Source of the DNA: Thermoanaerobaculia bacterium
GTDB lineage: Bacteria; Acidobacteriota; Thermoanaerobaculia; UBA5066
Assembly (NCBI GenBank): GCA_963809425.1
Contig: CAWEJK010000009.1
Span: forward strand, 150,526-214,525
DNA: 64,000 bases
Direction: 5' to 3'
Positions 1 through 9,269 of this stretch are shown one piece after another. The position numbers and the translations under genes are program-made. The notes beneath the pieces were generated by a model. That model was not told the origin of the DNA, did not search any database, and saw nothing but the letters and a program-made list of their open reading frames with translations. How positions within the stretch are numbered: position 1 is the stretch's first letter; each line of letters begins with the position of its first letter.

Positions 1-760
1 GCTGGATCGACTGGGCGGTCTGCCCCGCGACCGGCTCGCCTCTCTTCAACGACTCGGCCTGCTCGAAATTGAGCGAATAGGCCTTCTGGAGCGCGTCCGT
101 GAACTGGTTTCCGCCGAACGTGATGTCGCGCCAGAAGACCGTCTGACCCTGCGCGAGGATGTTCACGTTCATGACGGAGGCCCCCACGTTCACGAGCGCC
201 ACCACCCGGCCCGGGTCGGCCCCGTAGTTCACCTCGTAACAGTTCTGGAGCGCGAACGCGTCCACGTCGACGAGGGACGGCGTGCGTCCGGCCTGGGTGA
301 CGACGTTCTTGAAGTCGTCCACCTTGTCCTTCTTCGCCGCCACGAGGAGGACGCCCATCGTCTCGCCGACGGCACCCGGATCGAGCACGACGTAATCGAG
401 GTAGACGTCGTTGATGTCGAACGGGACGTACTGCTCGGCTTCCCACCGGATGGACTCGGAAAGCTCCTCCTCCGGCATCGTCGGAAGCATGATCTTCTTG
501 ACGATGACGGAGTGGCCCGATACGGACACCGCGACGTTCGGATTCTTCACGCCGGTGGACGCGAGGAGCCTCGAGATCGTCTCGACGACGAGGGAGGAAT
601 CCATGATCGCGCCGTCGACGATCGCCTCGGGAGAAAGGACCTCCATGCCCGCTTTGACGAGCTGGAACGTCCCCTCCTTGCCTTCCTTCAGCTCGACGAG
701 CTTCACAGCCGACGAGCCGATGTCGAGGCCGACCAGGTTTTTCGCCTTTCGGAACAGCAC
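1..760 (-). CDS. pilM: Type IV pilus assembly protein PilM (runs off the window start)
   Basis: Hand translation from GTG at 760: LFRKAKNLVGLDIGSSAVKLVELK...AVSVSGHSVIVKKI...IRWEAEQYVPFDINDVYLDY...LLVAAKK...VDVDAFAL...VNVGASVMN, the actin-like PilM signature. Absent from the ORF track because it is truncated. Confidence 0.93.
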   Translation of the reverse strand, partial: MLFRKAKNLVGLDIGSSAVKLVELKEGKEGTFQLVKAGMEVLSPEAIVDGAIMDSSLVVETISRLLASTGVKNPNVAVSVSGHSVIVKKIMLPTMPEEELSESIRWEAEQYVPFDINDVYLDYVVLDPGAVGETMGVLLVAAKKDKVDDFKNVVTQAGRTPSLVDVDAFALQNCYEVNYGADPGRVVALVNVGASVMNVNILAQGQTVFWRDITFGGNQFTDALQKAYSLNFEQAESLKRGEPVAGQTAQSIQ

Positions 761-826
761 GGTAGGGTTGCCCTCCCTCGGCCCGGTCCCCCGGGGGCTT
801 GACGCGAAAAGGGATTGACTCGTCCT

Positions 827-855
827 ATTTTGTCGCCCCCCTACGGAGGTGTCAA
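827..855 (-). promoter_or_regulatory. Putative sigma70 promoter of pilM
   Basis: Minus strand reads TTGACA-N17-CAAAAT, about 70 bp upstream of the pilM start. Confidence 0.55.
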
Positions 856-1046
856 GTTGTTAGCTCCGCACAATTTCCCTTGCTCCTGTGCAACATCCTT
901 GGTATAAGTGCGCCCCATCGCGGGAGTGAGGATCGAAGGCGTACGGGCCGAGCCGCGTCCACGTCTTCCGGCGCGCCCCGCGGGACCACATCTCTCCCGC
1001 TCCAAAAAACAGCACGGAAAATCGGCAGTCCGGTCCGCCGGGGCCG

Positions 1047-3245
1047 TCAGCCGGCTTCGGCATCCGTGTCGCGCAGCTTGCGCCGCACGTCCGTGACGCC
1101 CGGCAGGGCCCTGAGCCCGACGAGGAGGCGCTCCAGGTGGCGCCGGTCCTGCGTCGTCACGCTGGCCTCGATCAACGCGTTCCCGTCGCGGCTCGTGCGG
1201 GCCTCGATCGACCGGATGTTCGAGTTCGCGGCCGAAAGCACCTGGGTGATGCGCGCGAGCATTCCCTGCCGGTCCTCCGTGCGGATCTCGAGGTCCACGG
1301 TCACCGTCGCGTCCTTCGCGGTCGCCCACTCGACCGGGATCTCGCGGCCCGGGTCGAACAGGAGCGCGCGCACGTTCGGGCACGTCGTGGTGTGCACGGA
1401 GACGCCCCTGCCGCGCGTCACGTAGCCCACGACGTCGTCGCCCGGTACCGGCTGGCAGCACCTCGCGAGCGTCGCGAGGAGATCGTTCTCCCCCTTGACG
1501 CGAATCCCGGTCGCGGCGCCGAAGGGAAGCACGCGCCGGACTGCGCTCGAAAGCGCGGCGACCCGGGACGGCGCCGGCGGCGCGCCCTCGGGAGGGGCGG
1601 CCGTTTCCGGCAGCAGCTTCGCGACGAGCGCGCGCGGCGCGACCTTTCCGTACCCGACGTCGGCGATCAGGTCGTCCACCTTGCCGGCGCCGAAATCGGA
1701 GAGCAGCGGATCGAAGGCTTTCGCCTCGAGGAGCTTCGCGAGGCTCTTCTTCCACTTCTTGAGCTCGCGCTCGAGGAGGCGCCGGCCGATCTCGAGCGAC
1801 TGCTCCTTCTCGGCCGTGTGGATGAACGCCCGGATCTTGTTGCGCGCGCGAGACGTCACCGCGAACGAGAGCCAGTCCCGCGAGGGATGCGCGGACGGCG
1901 CCGTGAGGATCTCGACGATGTCTCCGTTCTCGAGGGCCGACTTCAGCGGCACGAGGCGGCCGTTGACGCGCGCGCCCACGCAGCGGTGCCCGACGTCCGT
2001 GTGGACGCGGTACGCGAAGTCCACGGGCGTGGCTCCCCGCGGAAACGCGTAGACGGCGCCCTTCGGACTGAACGTGTAGACGTCGTCCGGGTACAGGGCG
2101 ATCCGGAGCGACGACAGGAATTCGCGCGGGTCGGACACGTCCCGCGTCGAATCGAGGATCTGCCGGAGGACGCCGACGTGCTCCTCGTGCCGCGCGTCCG
2201 TCCGCACGAGCTTCCCTTCCTTGTACTTCCAGTGGGCCGCGATTCCGTTCTCGGCGACGAGGTCCATGTCGCGCGTGCGGATCTGCACCTCGAACGGCGG
2301 CGCGCCCTCGGGCACGAGGGTCGTGTGCAGCGACTGGTAGAAGTTGCGCTTCGGCATCGCGATGTAGTCCTTGATGCGGCCGGGCACGGGCCGCCAGGAC
2401 TGATGGACGATCCCGAGCACCGTGTAGCAGTCGGGGATCGAGTCCACGAGCACCCGGAACGCGAGCACGTCGTAGAGCTGCTCGAGCGGAATGGCCTGCC
2501 GGATGAGCTTCTGCCGGATCGACCAGTAGCGCTTCACGCGTCCGGTGATCTCCGCCTCGATTCCCATCGCCTTCGTCTTCGCGACGAGGTCGAGGCGGAT
2601 CTTCTCGACATTCGCCGCCGACGCCGCCATTCGCTCGTCCACGGCCGCACGCAGGGCCGCGAACTCCTCCGGATGGAGGAAGCGGAATGAAAGGTCCTCG
2701 AGGTCGCCCTTCATCTTGCCCATGCCCAGCCGGTTCGCGAGCGGCGCGTAGATCTCGAGCGTCTCGGCCGCCGTCGCCCGCTGCTTTGCCTCCGGCAGGT
2801 GCTCGAGGGTCTGCATGTTGTGGAGTCGGTCCGCGAGCTTGACGAGGATGACGCGGAGGTCGCCCGTCATCGCGAGGAGCATCTTGCGGAACGTCTCGGC
2901 CTGCTGCGCCTCTTTCGACGTAAAGGCGTACCTGCCGATCTTCGTGACACCGTCGACGAGGTGCCCGACGTCGGCGCCGAACAGCTCGACGATGCGTTCC
3001 TTCGAGACGGAGCCGTCCTCGAGCACGTCGTGGAGAAGGCCGGCGGCGATGGACGAATCGTCGAGCTTCATCTCGGCGAGCGTCATGGCGACCGCGAGCG
3101 GGTGGACGAGGTAGGGCTCGCCGGAGGACCGGAGCTGGTTGCGGTGCTCGTGCGCCGAGACGACGTAGGCGCGGCGCAGCAGGTCCTCGTCCATGGCGGG
3201 GTGGTAGGACTCGACCTTTTCGAGAATGTCCTCGAAGCGCAGCAC
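1047..3245 (-). CDS. rel: Bifunctional (p)ppGpp synthetase/hydrolase, RelA/SpoT homologue
   Basis: HD motif (GLLHDVLED), VKLADRLHNM, synthetase motifs YQSLHT and EVQIRT, TGS domain (TPVDFAYRVHT), CC motif and C-terminal ACT domain. Start placed at GTG 3245; the track ORF starts at 3266. Confidence 0.95.
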   Translation of the reverse strand: MLRFEDILEKVESYHPAMDEDLLRRAYVVSAHEHRNQLRSSGEPYLVHPLAVAMTLAEMKLDDSSIAAGLLHDVLEDGSVSKERIVELFGADVGHLVDGVTKIGRYAFTSKEAQQAETFRKMLLAMTGDLRVILVKLADRLHNMQTLEHLPEAKQRATAAETLEIYAPLANRLGMGKMKGDLEDLSFRFLHPEEFAALRAAVDERMAASAANVEKIRLDLVAKTKAMGIEAEITGRVKRYWSIRQKLIRQAIPLEQLYDVLAFRVLVDSIPDCYTVLGIVHQSWRPVPGRIKDYIAMPKRNFYQSLHTTLVPEGAPPFEVQIRTRDMDLVAENGIAAHWKYKEGKLVRTDARHEEHVGVLRQILDSTRDVSDPREFLSSLRIALYPDDVYTFSPKGAVYAFPRGATPVDFAYRVHTDVGHRCVGARVNGRLVPLKSALENGDIVEILTAPSAHPSRDWLSFAVTSRARNKIRAFIHTAEKEQSLEIGRRLLERELKKWKKSLAKLLEAKAFDPLLSDFGAGKVDDLIADVGYGKVAPRALVAKLLPETAAPPEGAPPAPSRVAALSSAVRRVLPFGAATGIRVKGENDLLATLARCCQPVPGDDVVGYVTRGRGVSVHTTTCPNVRALLFDPGREIPVEWATAKDATVTVDLEIRTEDRQGMLARITQVLSAANSNIRSIEARTSRDGNALIEASVTTQDRRHLERLLVGLRALPGVTDVRRKLRDTDAEAG

Positions 3246-3307
3246 GGGCCCATTATCGCGGCACACGGGCCTTTCCGGTTAATCTGCGCGCCACCGAAGG
3301 AGCCTCG

Positions 3308-3958
3308 ATGGACCTCTTGAAGCAGTTCGTGGACATCTTCCTGCACCTCGACCGGCACCTGGCCGAGGTGACCCGGGAATACGGAACGTTCACGAACGTC
3401 ATCCTCTTCGCCATCGTCTTCTGCGAGACCGGTCTCGTCGTCACGCCCTTCCTGCCGGGCGACTCCCTCCTGTTCACCGCCGGGGCGATTGCGTCCCTCG
3501 GCGGCCTGAACGTCTGGGTCCTCTTCCTTCTCCTCTCGGCCGCGGCGATCCTGGGCGACACCGCGAACTACTGGATCGGGAAGAAGATCGGCCCCCGCGC
3601 GTTCGACGGATCCTTCCGGTTCCTCAAGCAGGAGCACCTCCGGAAGACCGAAGAGTTCTACGAGAGACACGGGAAGAAGACGATCATCCTCGCCCGCTTC
3701 GTGCCGATCGTCCGCACGTTCGCACCCTTCGTCGCGGGTGTCGGCTCGATGTCCTACCGGACGTTCATCGCCTACAACGTCATTGGCGGCGTCGCCTGGG
3801 TCGCGATCTGCGTCTTCGCGGGGTACTTCTTCGGAAACATCCCCGTCGTCAAGCGAAACTTCTCCCTCGTCGTCCTCGCGATCATCGGGATCTCGGTGCT
3901 CCCGCTCCTCCGGGAGTGGTGGAAGTCGCGCCAGGCCGAGCGAGGCGCCCGCGCGTGA
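3308..3958 (+). CDS. dedA: DedA family membrane protein
   Basis: Motifs ETGLVVTPFLPGDSLLF, GDTANYWIG and ARFVPIVRTFAPFVAG. Confidence 0.93.
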   Translation: MDLLKQFVDIFLHLDRHLAEVTREYGTFTNVILFAIVFCETGLVVTPFLPGDSLLFTAGAIASLGGLNVWVLFLLLSAAAILGDTANYWIGKKIGPRAFDGSFRFLKQEHLRKTEEFYERHGKKTIILARFVPIVRTFAPFVAGVGSMSYRTFIAYNVIGGVAWVAICVFAGYFFGNIPVVKRNFSLVVLAIIGISVLPLLREWWKSRQAERGARA

Positions 3959-5202
3959 GCGGCGGCCGCGCGCCGAACCCCTGGATCTCCTCCACGGCGC
4001 TCATCTTCTACGCGCTGTTCCTCGGCGTCGTCCTCGGGCACTTCCTCCCCGCCGAGACATACCCCTGGGCCTACGAGTCGTTCAGGTTTCTGTCGAAAGC
4101 GTTCATCAGTCTCATCAAGATGCTCGTCGTTCCGCTCATTTTCGCGACGATCGTCCTCGGCATCGGGAGGACGGGCGACGTGAAGGCGGTGGGCCGCATG
4201 GGCGTCAAGGCGCTCGTCTACTTCGAGATCGCGACGACGATCGCGCTCCTGATCGGCCTCGCCTTCGCGAATTTCGTGAAGCCGGGGCTCGACCTCGCGC
4301 TCCCGTCCGGCGGCGAGACGGGACTCGCGAAGCCGAAAACGTTCGTCGAGACGATGCTCCATCTCTTCCCGTCCAACGTGTTCGAGGCGATGGCGAAGCA
4401 GGACATCCTTCAGATCGTCATCTTCGCGACGCTTCTCGGAGTCGCCGCCGCGCACGTCGGCGCCGAGAGGGCGAAACCGTTCGTCGACTTCTTCGAGGCG
4501 GCCGTGGCCGTGCTCTTCAAGCTCACCGACTACGTCATGTCGCTGACGCCGCTCGGCGTCTTCGGCGCGATGGCGGGCGCCGTTTCGCATCACGGGATCG
4601 CGGTCCTCGGGAGCTACGCGAAGCTCGTCGGCTCGCTCTACGCGGCTCTCGTCGTCTTCGCCCTGATCGTCCTCGTGCCCGCCCTCAAGCTCGCGGGCGT
4701 TTCCGTCAGACGATTCGTGCGGAAGATCAGGGAGCCGTTTCTCATCGCATTCTCGACGGCTTCGTCGGAAGCCGCTCTCCCCCGCGCGCTCGAGCGCATC
4801 GTGGAGTTCGGCGTCCCGAAGAGCGTGGCGGGGTTCGTCCTGCCCGCGGGGTACAGCTTCAACCTCGACGGATCGACGCTCTACATCGTTCTCGCGACGA
4901 TGACGATCGCGCAGGCGGCCGGGCGCCATCTGTCGATCCTCGAGCAGGTCTACATGTGCCTCGTTTTCATGCTCACGACGAAAGGCGTTGCCGCCGTGCC
5001 GCGCGCCTCGCTCGTCATCATCGCGGCGGGCTGCGTGTCGTTCAATCTCCCCGGTGAAGCGGGCGTCGCGATGATCCTCGCCGTGGACGAGCTCATGGAC
5101 ATGGGCCGCACGTCGATCAACCTCGCCGGAAACTGCGTCGCGGCCGTCGTCGTCGCGAGATGGGAGGGCGTCCTCGGAGAAGAGGCGAACGAAGCGGGCT
5201 AG
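3955..5202 (+). CDS. Dicarboxylate/amino acid:cation symporter (DAACS, GltP/DctA-like)
   Basis: Motifs FISLIKMLVVPLIF, AFSTASSEAALP, GYSFNLDGS and DMGRTSINLAGN. GTGA overlap with the dedA stop. Confidence 0.92.
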   Translation: MSGGRAPNPWISSTALIFYALFLGVVLGHFLPAETYPWAYESFRFLSKAFISLIKMLVVPLIFATIVLGIGRTGDVKAVGRMGVKALVYFEIATTIALLIGLAFANFVKPGLDLALPSGGETGLAKPKTFVETMLHLFPSNVFEAMAKQDILQIVIFATLLGVAAAHVGAERAKPFVDFFEAAVAVLFKLTDYVMSLTPLGVFGAMAGAVSHHGIAVLGSYAKLVGSLYAALVVFALIVLVPALKLAGVSVRRFVRKIREPFLIAFSTASSEAALPRALERIVEFGVPKSVAGFVLPAGYSFNLDGSTLYIVLATMTIAQAAGRHLSILEQVYMCLVFMLTTKGVAAVPRASLVIIAAGCVSFNLPGEAGVAMILAVDELMDMGRTSINLAGNCVAAVVVARWEGVLGEEANEAG

Positions 5203-5237
5203 CCACGGCCCCTCTTCAGGAGATATGTTCGCGTGAA

Positions 5238-6458
5238 ATGAGCGACTTCTTCCAGGCGGGCTCGATCACGACGCTGACGCGGCTCAGAAGCCGGCCGACC
5301 CAGGAGCTGGACGAGGCCATCGCGCGCACGACGCGCCGCGCGCGCGCCGCGCTCCTCATCCCCTGCCTCGTCAGCGAGCTCGAGCGCCCCGCGCTCGCGC
5401 GCATCTGCGACGAGGTGTCCCAGCTCCCGTACCTCGACACGGTCGTGATCTCGCTCGACCGCGCCGACGAAGCGGGATACCGCGGAGCGCTGGAGTACTT
5501 CAAGAGAATGAAGGTGCGCACGGTCGTCCTCTGGAACGACGGGCCGGGCGTGACCGCCCTCATCAAGAAACTGGAGGAAAACGACCTCAGGCTCGGGGAG
5601 CGCGGCAAGGGCAGGGCCTGCTGGATGGCGTTCGGCTACCTGCTGGCGCTCGGCCACATCGAGCACATCGCGCTCCAGGACGCCGACGTCATCGACTACG
5701 ACCGGGCCTCGCTCTCGCGGCTCCTCTACCCGCTCGTCAATCCGATCTACAACTTCGACTTCTGCAAGGGCTACTACGCGCGCTTCACCGACCGCCTCAA
5801 CGGGCGCGTCGTGCGCCTTTTCGTCTGGCCGCTCCTCTCGGCGCTGCGCGCCCTCATGGGAGCGCATCCTTATCTCGAGTTCCTGTCGTCCTTCCGCTAT
5901 CCGCTCGCGGGCGAATTCGCTCTGTCCGCGGATCTCACCCGCCAGATCCGCGTGCCGGCGGACTGGGGGCTCGAGATCGGCGTCCTCTCGGAGGTCTTCC
6001 GGCACAGCTCGCCGCGGCGCGTCTGCCAGATCGACCTCTCCGACCAGTACGACCACAAGCACCAGGCCCTTTCGCCCGACGACCCGAACAGCGGGCTGCA
6101 CCGGATGGCCTGCGACATCGCGAAGCACCTTCTGCGCACGCTCGCCGCCGCGGACGTCGTGCTCTCCGAGGGCGCCCTCAAGTCCCTCCTGGCCTCGTAC
6201 CAGCGCCGCGCCGAGGACGCGCTCAACGACTATTACTCGCTCTCCCGCTTCAACGGGCTCGTCTTCCAGCGCCACGAGGAGGAGTCGGCCGTGGCCACGT
6301 TCGCGAAGGCGCTCAAGGCCGGCGTGGAGCAGTTCCATCTCGACCCGCTCGGTGTTCCGCTCATTCCGAACTGGGCCCGGGTTCTCGCCGCGATCCCGGA
6401 CGCGGGAGATCAGCTCCTGGAAGCGATCGCGACCGAGGGCGGCGTCCTCGCGCCCTGA
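5238..6458 (+). CDS. Glucosyl-3-phosphoglycerate synthase-like glycosyltransferase (GpgS type)
   Basis: MSDFFQAGSITTL start, GKGRACW, DAD motif, FCKGYYAR, YPLAGEF, DWGLEIGVLSE and YDHKHQ; a phosphatase partner lies nearby. Confidence 0.8.
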   Translation: MSDFFQAGSITTLTRLRSRPTQELDEAIARTTRRARAALLIPCLVSELERPALARICDEVSQLPYLDTVVISLDRADEAGYRGALEYFKRMKVRTVVLWNDGPGVTALIKKLEENDLRLGERGKGRACWMAFGYLLALGHIEHIALQDADVIDYDRASLSRLLYPLVNPIYNFDFCKGYYARFTDRLNGRVVRLFVWPLLSALRALMGAHPYLEFLSSFRYPLAGEFALSADLTRQIRVPADWGLEIGVLSEVFRHSSPRRVCQIDLSDQYDHKHQALSPDDPNSGLHRMACDIAKHLLRTLAAADVVLSEGALKSLLASYQRRAEDALNDYYSLSRFNGLVFQRHEEESAVATFAKALKAGVEQFHLDPLGVPLIPNWARVLAAIPDAGDQLLEAIATEGGVLAP

Positions 6459-6485
6459 GGGGATCCCGCTCCGCGGCTCTCGCCC

Positions 6486-7166
6486 TCAGACGTGGTGGAT
6501 GCCGCTGTCCTCCTCCTCCGCGCGCAGGCGCTTCTCGAGATAGGCCTTCGCGAGGTCGCGCGCGCCGAGACCGAACGCGAGCGCGAGCGCGAGGACGAAG
6601 CCGCCCGCGACGATCGAGAACGCCGCCACGAGGATCGATCGGGCCACGCCGAGGTTGTCGAGGGCCATGGACACGAAGAAGACGAGGACCGCGGCGTGGA
6701 CGAGGCGCGAGCCCGCGCGTGCCCAGGGCAGGCCGGCGTTGACGGCCGCCAGGAGAACGCTCCGGCGCGCGAGCGCGGCCAGGCCGAACCCGACGAGGAC
6801 CATGAGCGCCGACATGAGGAGCTGCGGCAGGAACGAGACCATGCTCCCGAGGACGTTTCGGAGCGCTCCGGGCTCGAGAGCGTTCACGCCCACGGCGAGC
6901 GCGACGAGGACGGCCGCCCAGAACGAGATGCCGGCCGCCAGCGAGGAGGGCGCCGCCTTGAATCCCGCGGCACGCAGGAGCGGGCTCGAAGTGCCCTGCC
7001 GCGCCATCCGGAAGAGGAGGTTCAGCGCGAGCCGGATGACGACCCCCACGACGAGCCCGACGAGGAGGGCTCCCGCGAGGACCACGATGGCGGGAATGAC
7101 CGAGAGAAAGGCCTCCCCCAGCCTCAGAAACGCGTCGCCGATCTGCCTCCCGAGTCTCTCGAGCAT
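6486..7166 (-). CDS. Membrane protein with MscS-type/CmpX-like transmembrane helix repeats
   Basis: Starts MLERLGRQIG after a GGAGG RBS; about 5 TM segments; LPQLLMSALMVLVG and ALALAFGLGARD are typical of this family. Confidence 0.7.
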   Translation of the reverse strand: MLERLGRQIGDAFLRLGEAFLSVIPAIVVLAGALLVGLVVGVVIRLALNLLFRMARQGTSSPLLRAAGFKAAPSSLAAGISFWAAVLVALAVGVNALEPGALRNVLGSMVSFLPQLLMSALMVLVGFGLAALARRSVLLAAVNAGLPWARAGSRLVHAAVLVFFVSMALDNLGVARSILVAAFSIVAGGFVLALALAFGLGARDLAKAYLEKRLRAEEEDSGIHHV

Positions 7167-7179
7167 CGCGGACCTCCTT

Positions 7180-8469
7180 TCAGGGGTTCGTCCCGACCTT
7201 CCCGCCGTCCCAGGCCGAGACCAGGGACGTCTTCTCGTTCTCGTAGACGCGCGCCAGCGTCTCGAGTCGCGCTTCGGCCTCCGCGGCCTCCGCCTCCCGA
7301 GTCTCTTCCACGAACGTCGCGACCTTGCCCAGGTACAGGGGCACGAGGGATCGGATGAGCGTATCTCTCGGAAGGCTCCGCCGCGCGTACCCGAGCGCCG
7401 CACCGTAGACGATCCGAACGAAAAGCTCGTCCGAGAGCGCCGTGGGGACGAGAGCCGCGGCCTCCTGGATGCCGCGCAGTACGTCCTCCGGCAGGAAGCT
7501 CTTCCACACGGGCGGGAGGTCGGCCGCGCCCTGCCGGAACAGGGAAACCAGCCGGTCGATCTTGACGGGCACCGGCTCCAGTCCGACCGCGTAGGGCAGG
7601 CCGAAGACCCGGGCGTCCTGCGAGCCTTTGATCCCCTTCCATACGTCCGCGTAGCGTCCCATCAGGTCGAAGAGCGTCGAGACGACCTGAACGAGCATGT
7701 CCTGAAGGTCGGCCCCCGGGTCCTTCGGGTCGTGGAGCTTGGCGCCGAGGAAGGACTGGCACACCTTGTGGCTCTCGGCGAGAGCCGTCGTCGTCATGAA
7801 GATGTCGATGCCGTACCGCGCGACGGGGCCTTCCCATTCTTCGTATTCCAGGAACCGCCGCGCGAGCCTGCCCGAAAAGCCGAAGTCTCCGCCGATCGGT
7901 TGCCTGACGCGGTGCCCGTAGAGCGCGCGCGTGAGCGGGTACACGATCGTGTTCGTGATCGTCCCGTCGTACCGGTGCCGCGCGTACAGAGGCGCGACGA
8001 ACTCGTAGCCGTGGTCGAGAACGGGGCTCAGCAGCAGCTCGACCCACTCCGGCGTGATGCTGCGCAGGTCGCTGTCGACCACGCAGCACGCGGAGGCATC
8101 CAGCTCGGCCGCGATGCGGAAGATCGTGCGCAGAGCGCTCCCTTTGCCCGGCAGCCCGGAGTACGGCGTGACGATGCGCGAGAGGGGCGAGGTCGGGACC
8201 GCGTCCACGAGAATCTCGGTGAGGTCGCCGAGCTCGGTCTTCACGACGACCTCGCGCGTCCCGTCGGTCGAGCCGCCGTCGCTGTTCACGAGGACCGTCT
8301 TCGCCTCCGGAAAATGGCGGGCGATGCCCGCGGCGACGGCGCGCACGACGTGTCCGATCGTCCGGGCATTGTTGAACGAAGGGATCCCGACGAGGAGATC
8401 CACCCGGCCGAGTGTCTTGAGCCGCGTCATCACGCCGGCGTCGAGCTCGGGCGTCACGATCAGAGTCAT
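7180..8469 (-). CDS. GT2 glycosyltransferase, glucosylglycerate/mannosylglycerate synthase-like (Ggs)
   Basis: Motifs VGIPSFNNARTI, NSDGGSTDGT, GKGSA, VDSDLRSI, RHRYDGTITN and RQPIGGDF. Start trimmed to ATG 8469. Confidence 0.8.
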   Translation of the reverse strand: MTLIVTPELDAGVMTRLKTLGRVDLLVGIPSFNNARTIGHVVRAVAAGIARHFPEAKTVLVNSDGGSTDGTREVVVKTELGDLTEILVDAVPTSPLSRIVTPYSGLPGKGSALRTIFRIAAELDASACCVVDSDLRSITPEWVELLLSPVLDHGYEFVAPLYARHRYDGTITNTIVYPLTRALYGHRVRQPIGGDFGFSGRLARRFLEYEEWEGPVARYGIDIFMTTTALAESHKVCQSFLGAKLHDPKDPGADLQDMLVQVVSTLFDLMGRYADVWKGIKGSQDARVFGLPYAVGLEPVPVKIDRLVSLFRQGAADLPPVWKSFLPEDVLRGIQEAAALVPTALSDELFVRIVYGAALGYARRSLPRDTLIRSLVPLYLGKVATFVEETREAEAAEAEARLETLARVYENEKTSLVSAWDGGKVGTNP

Positions 8470-8470
8470 C

Positions 8471-9244
8471 TCACCCGCCGGTCCTTTCGTCGTCCACGAA
8501 AGCCCGCACGGCGACGCTCCACCCCGCCCCCGCGGGGGCCGTCCCGACGGCGGCATTCGGTAGGGCGGCCCGCAGCGTTTTGTCGACGCCCGCCTTCTTT
8601 GGAACGAGGACGGGGTGATCGACGATCCGAAGAAACGCGACATCGTTCGGGGCGTCGCCGAGTCCGATCGTCCGGGACGGACGGAGAATCTCGACGAGCC
8701 GCCGCACGGCGTCTGCCTTGTCATGGAGGCCCGAGAGGTGCCAGAAGCGCCCGCCGCGAACCAGTCGAACCCGCGGCGGAAGCGTCGCGGACGAGAGCGC
8801 GGCGGCGTCGTCGCCTGCGGCGATGAACGGAAGGTCGAACTCCCGCGCGCGCGCCGCGGCAGCCTGATCGAGCGGGAGGCCGGTGAGGCGGACCCACTCG
8901 GCGTCGGGGATTTCTTCGATCGAGAAGAGGGGCCGCCCCGTCTGGCGCTTCAGAGCGTCCAGGGTCGCTCGGAGCTCGCGAAGCGGGACGGCCGTCGGCA
9001 GGAGCTCGGTCCCCTTTCTCAGAATTCCCGCGCCGTTCTCGAAAGCCCCGACGCCGCCGGAATCAAGGATCTCGAGCCAGCGCGCGAGCTCGACGCGGGT
9101 CTTACTCGTCAGCGGGACGACCGGAATGCCGCGCATGCTCAAGGCGGCGATCGTCTCACGCGCCTCGCGCGACAGAGTACCGTCCTCCTCGAGGAGGGTG
9201 CCGTCCAGGTCTGTGAAGACGATCGTTGACGACAACTCCTGCAA
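8471..9244 (-). CDS. HAD-IIB mannosyl/glucosyl-3-phosphoglycerate phosphatase
   Basis: Motifs FTDLDGTLL, TSKT, ENGAG, REFDLPF, GGRFWH and GLGDAPND. Confidence 0.85.
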   Translation of the reverse strand: MQELSSTIVFTDLDGTLLEEDGTLSREARETIAALSMRGIPVVPLTSKTRVELARWLEILDSGGVGAFENGAGILRKGTELLPTAVPLRELRATLDALKRQTGRPLFSIEEIPDAEWVRLTGLPLDQAAAARAREFDLPFIAAGDDAAALSSATLPPRVRLVRGGRFWHLSGLHDKADAVRRLVEILRPSRTIGLGDAPNDVAFLRIVDHPVLVPKKAGVDKTLRAALPNAAVGTAPAGAGWSVAVRAFVDDERTGG

Positions 9245-9269
9245 TCTCCTGGGGAGGCTGCGGGAGCGG

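Noticed and set aside
920-1004. Canonical tRNA gene
   Set aside because: It has an acceptor-like stem and CCA but no valid D, anticodon or T arm; kept only as an sRNA candidate.
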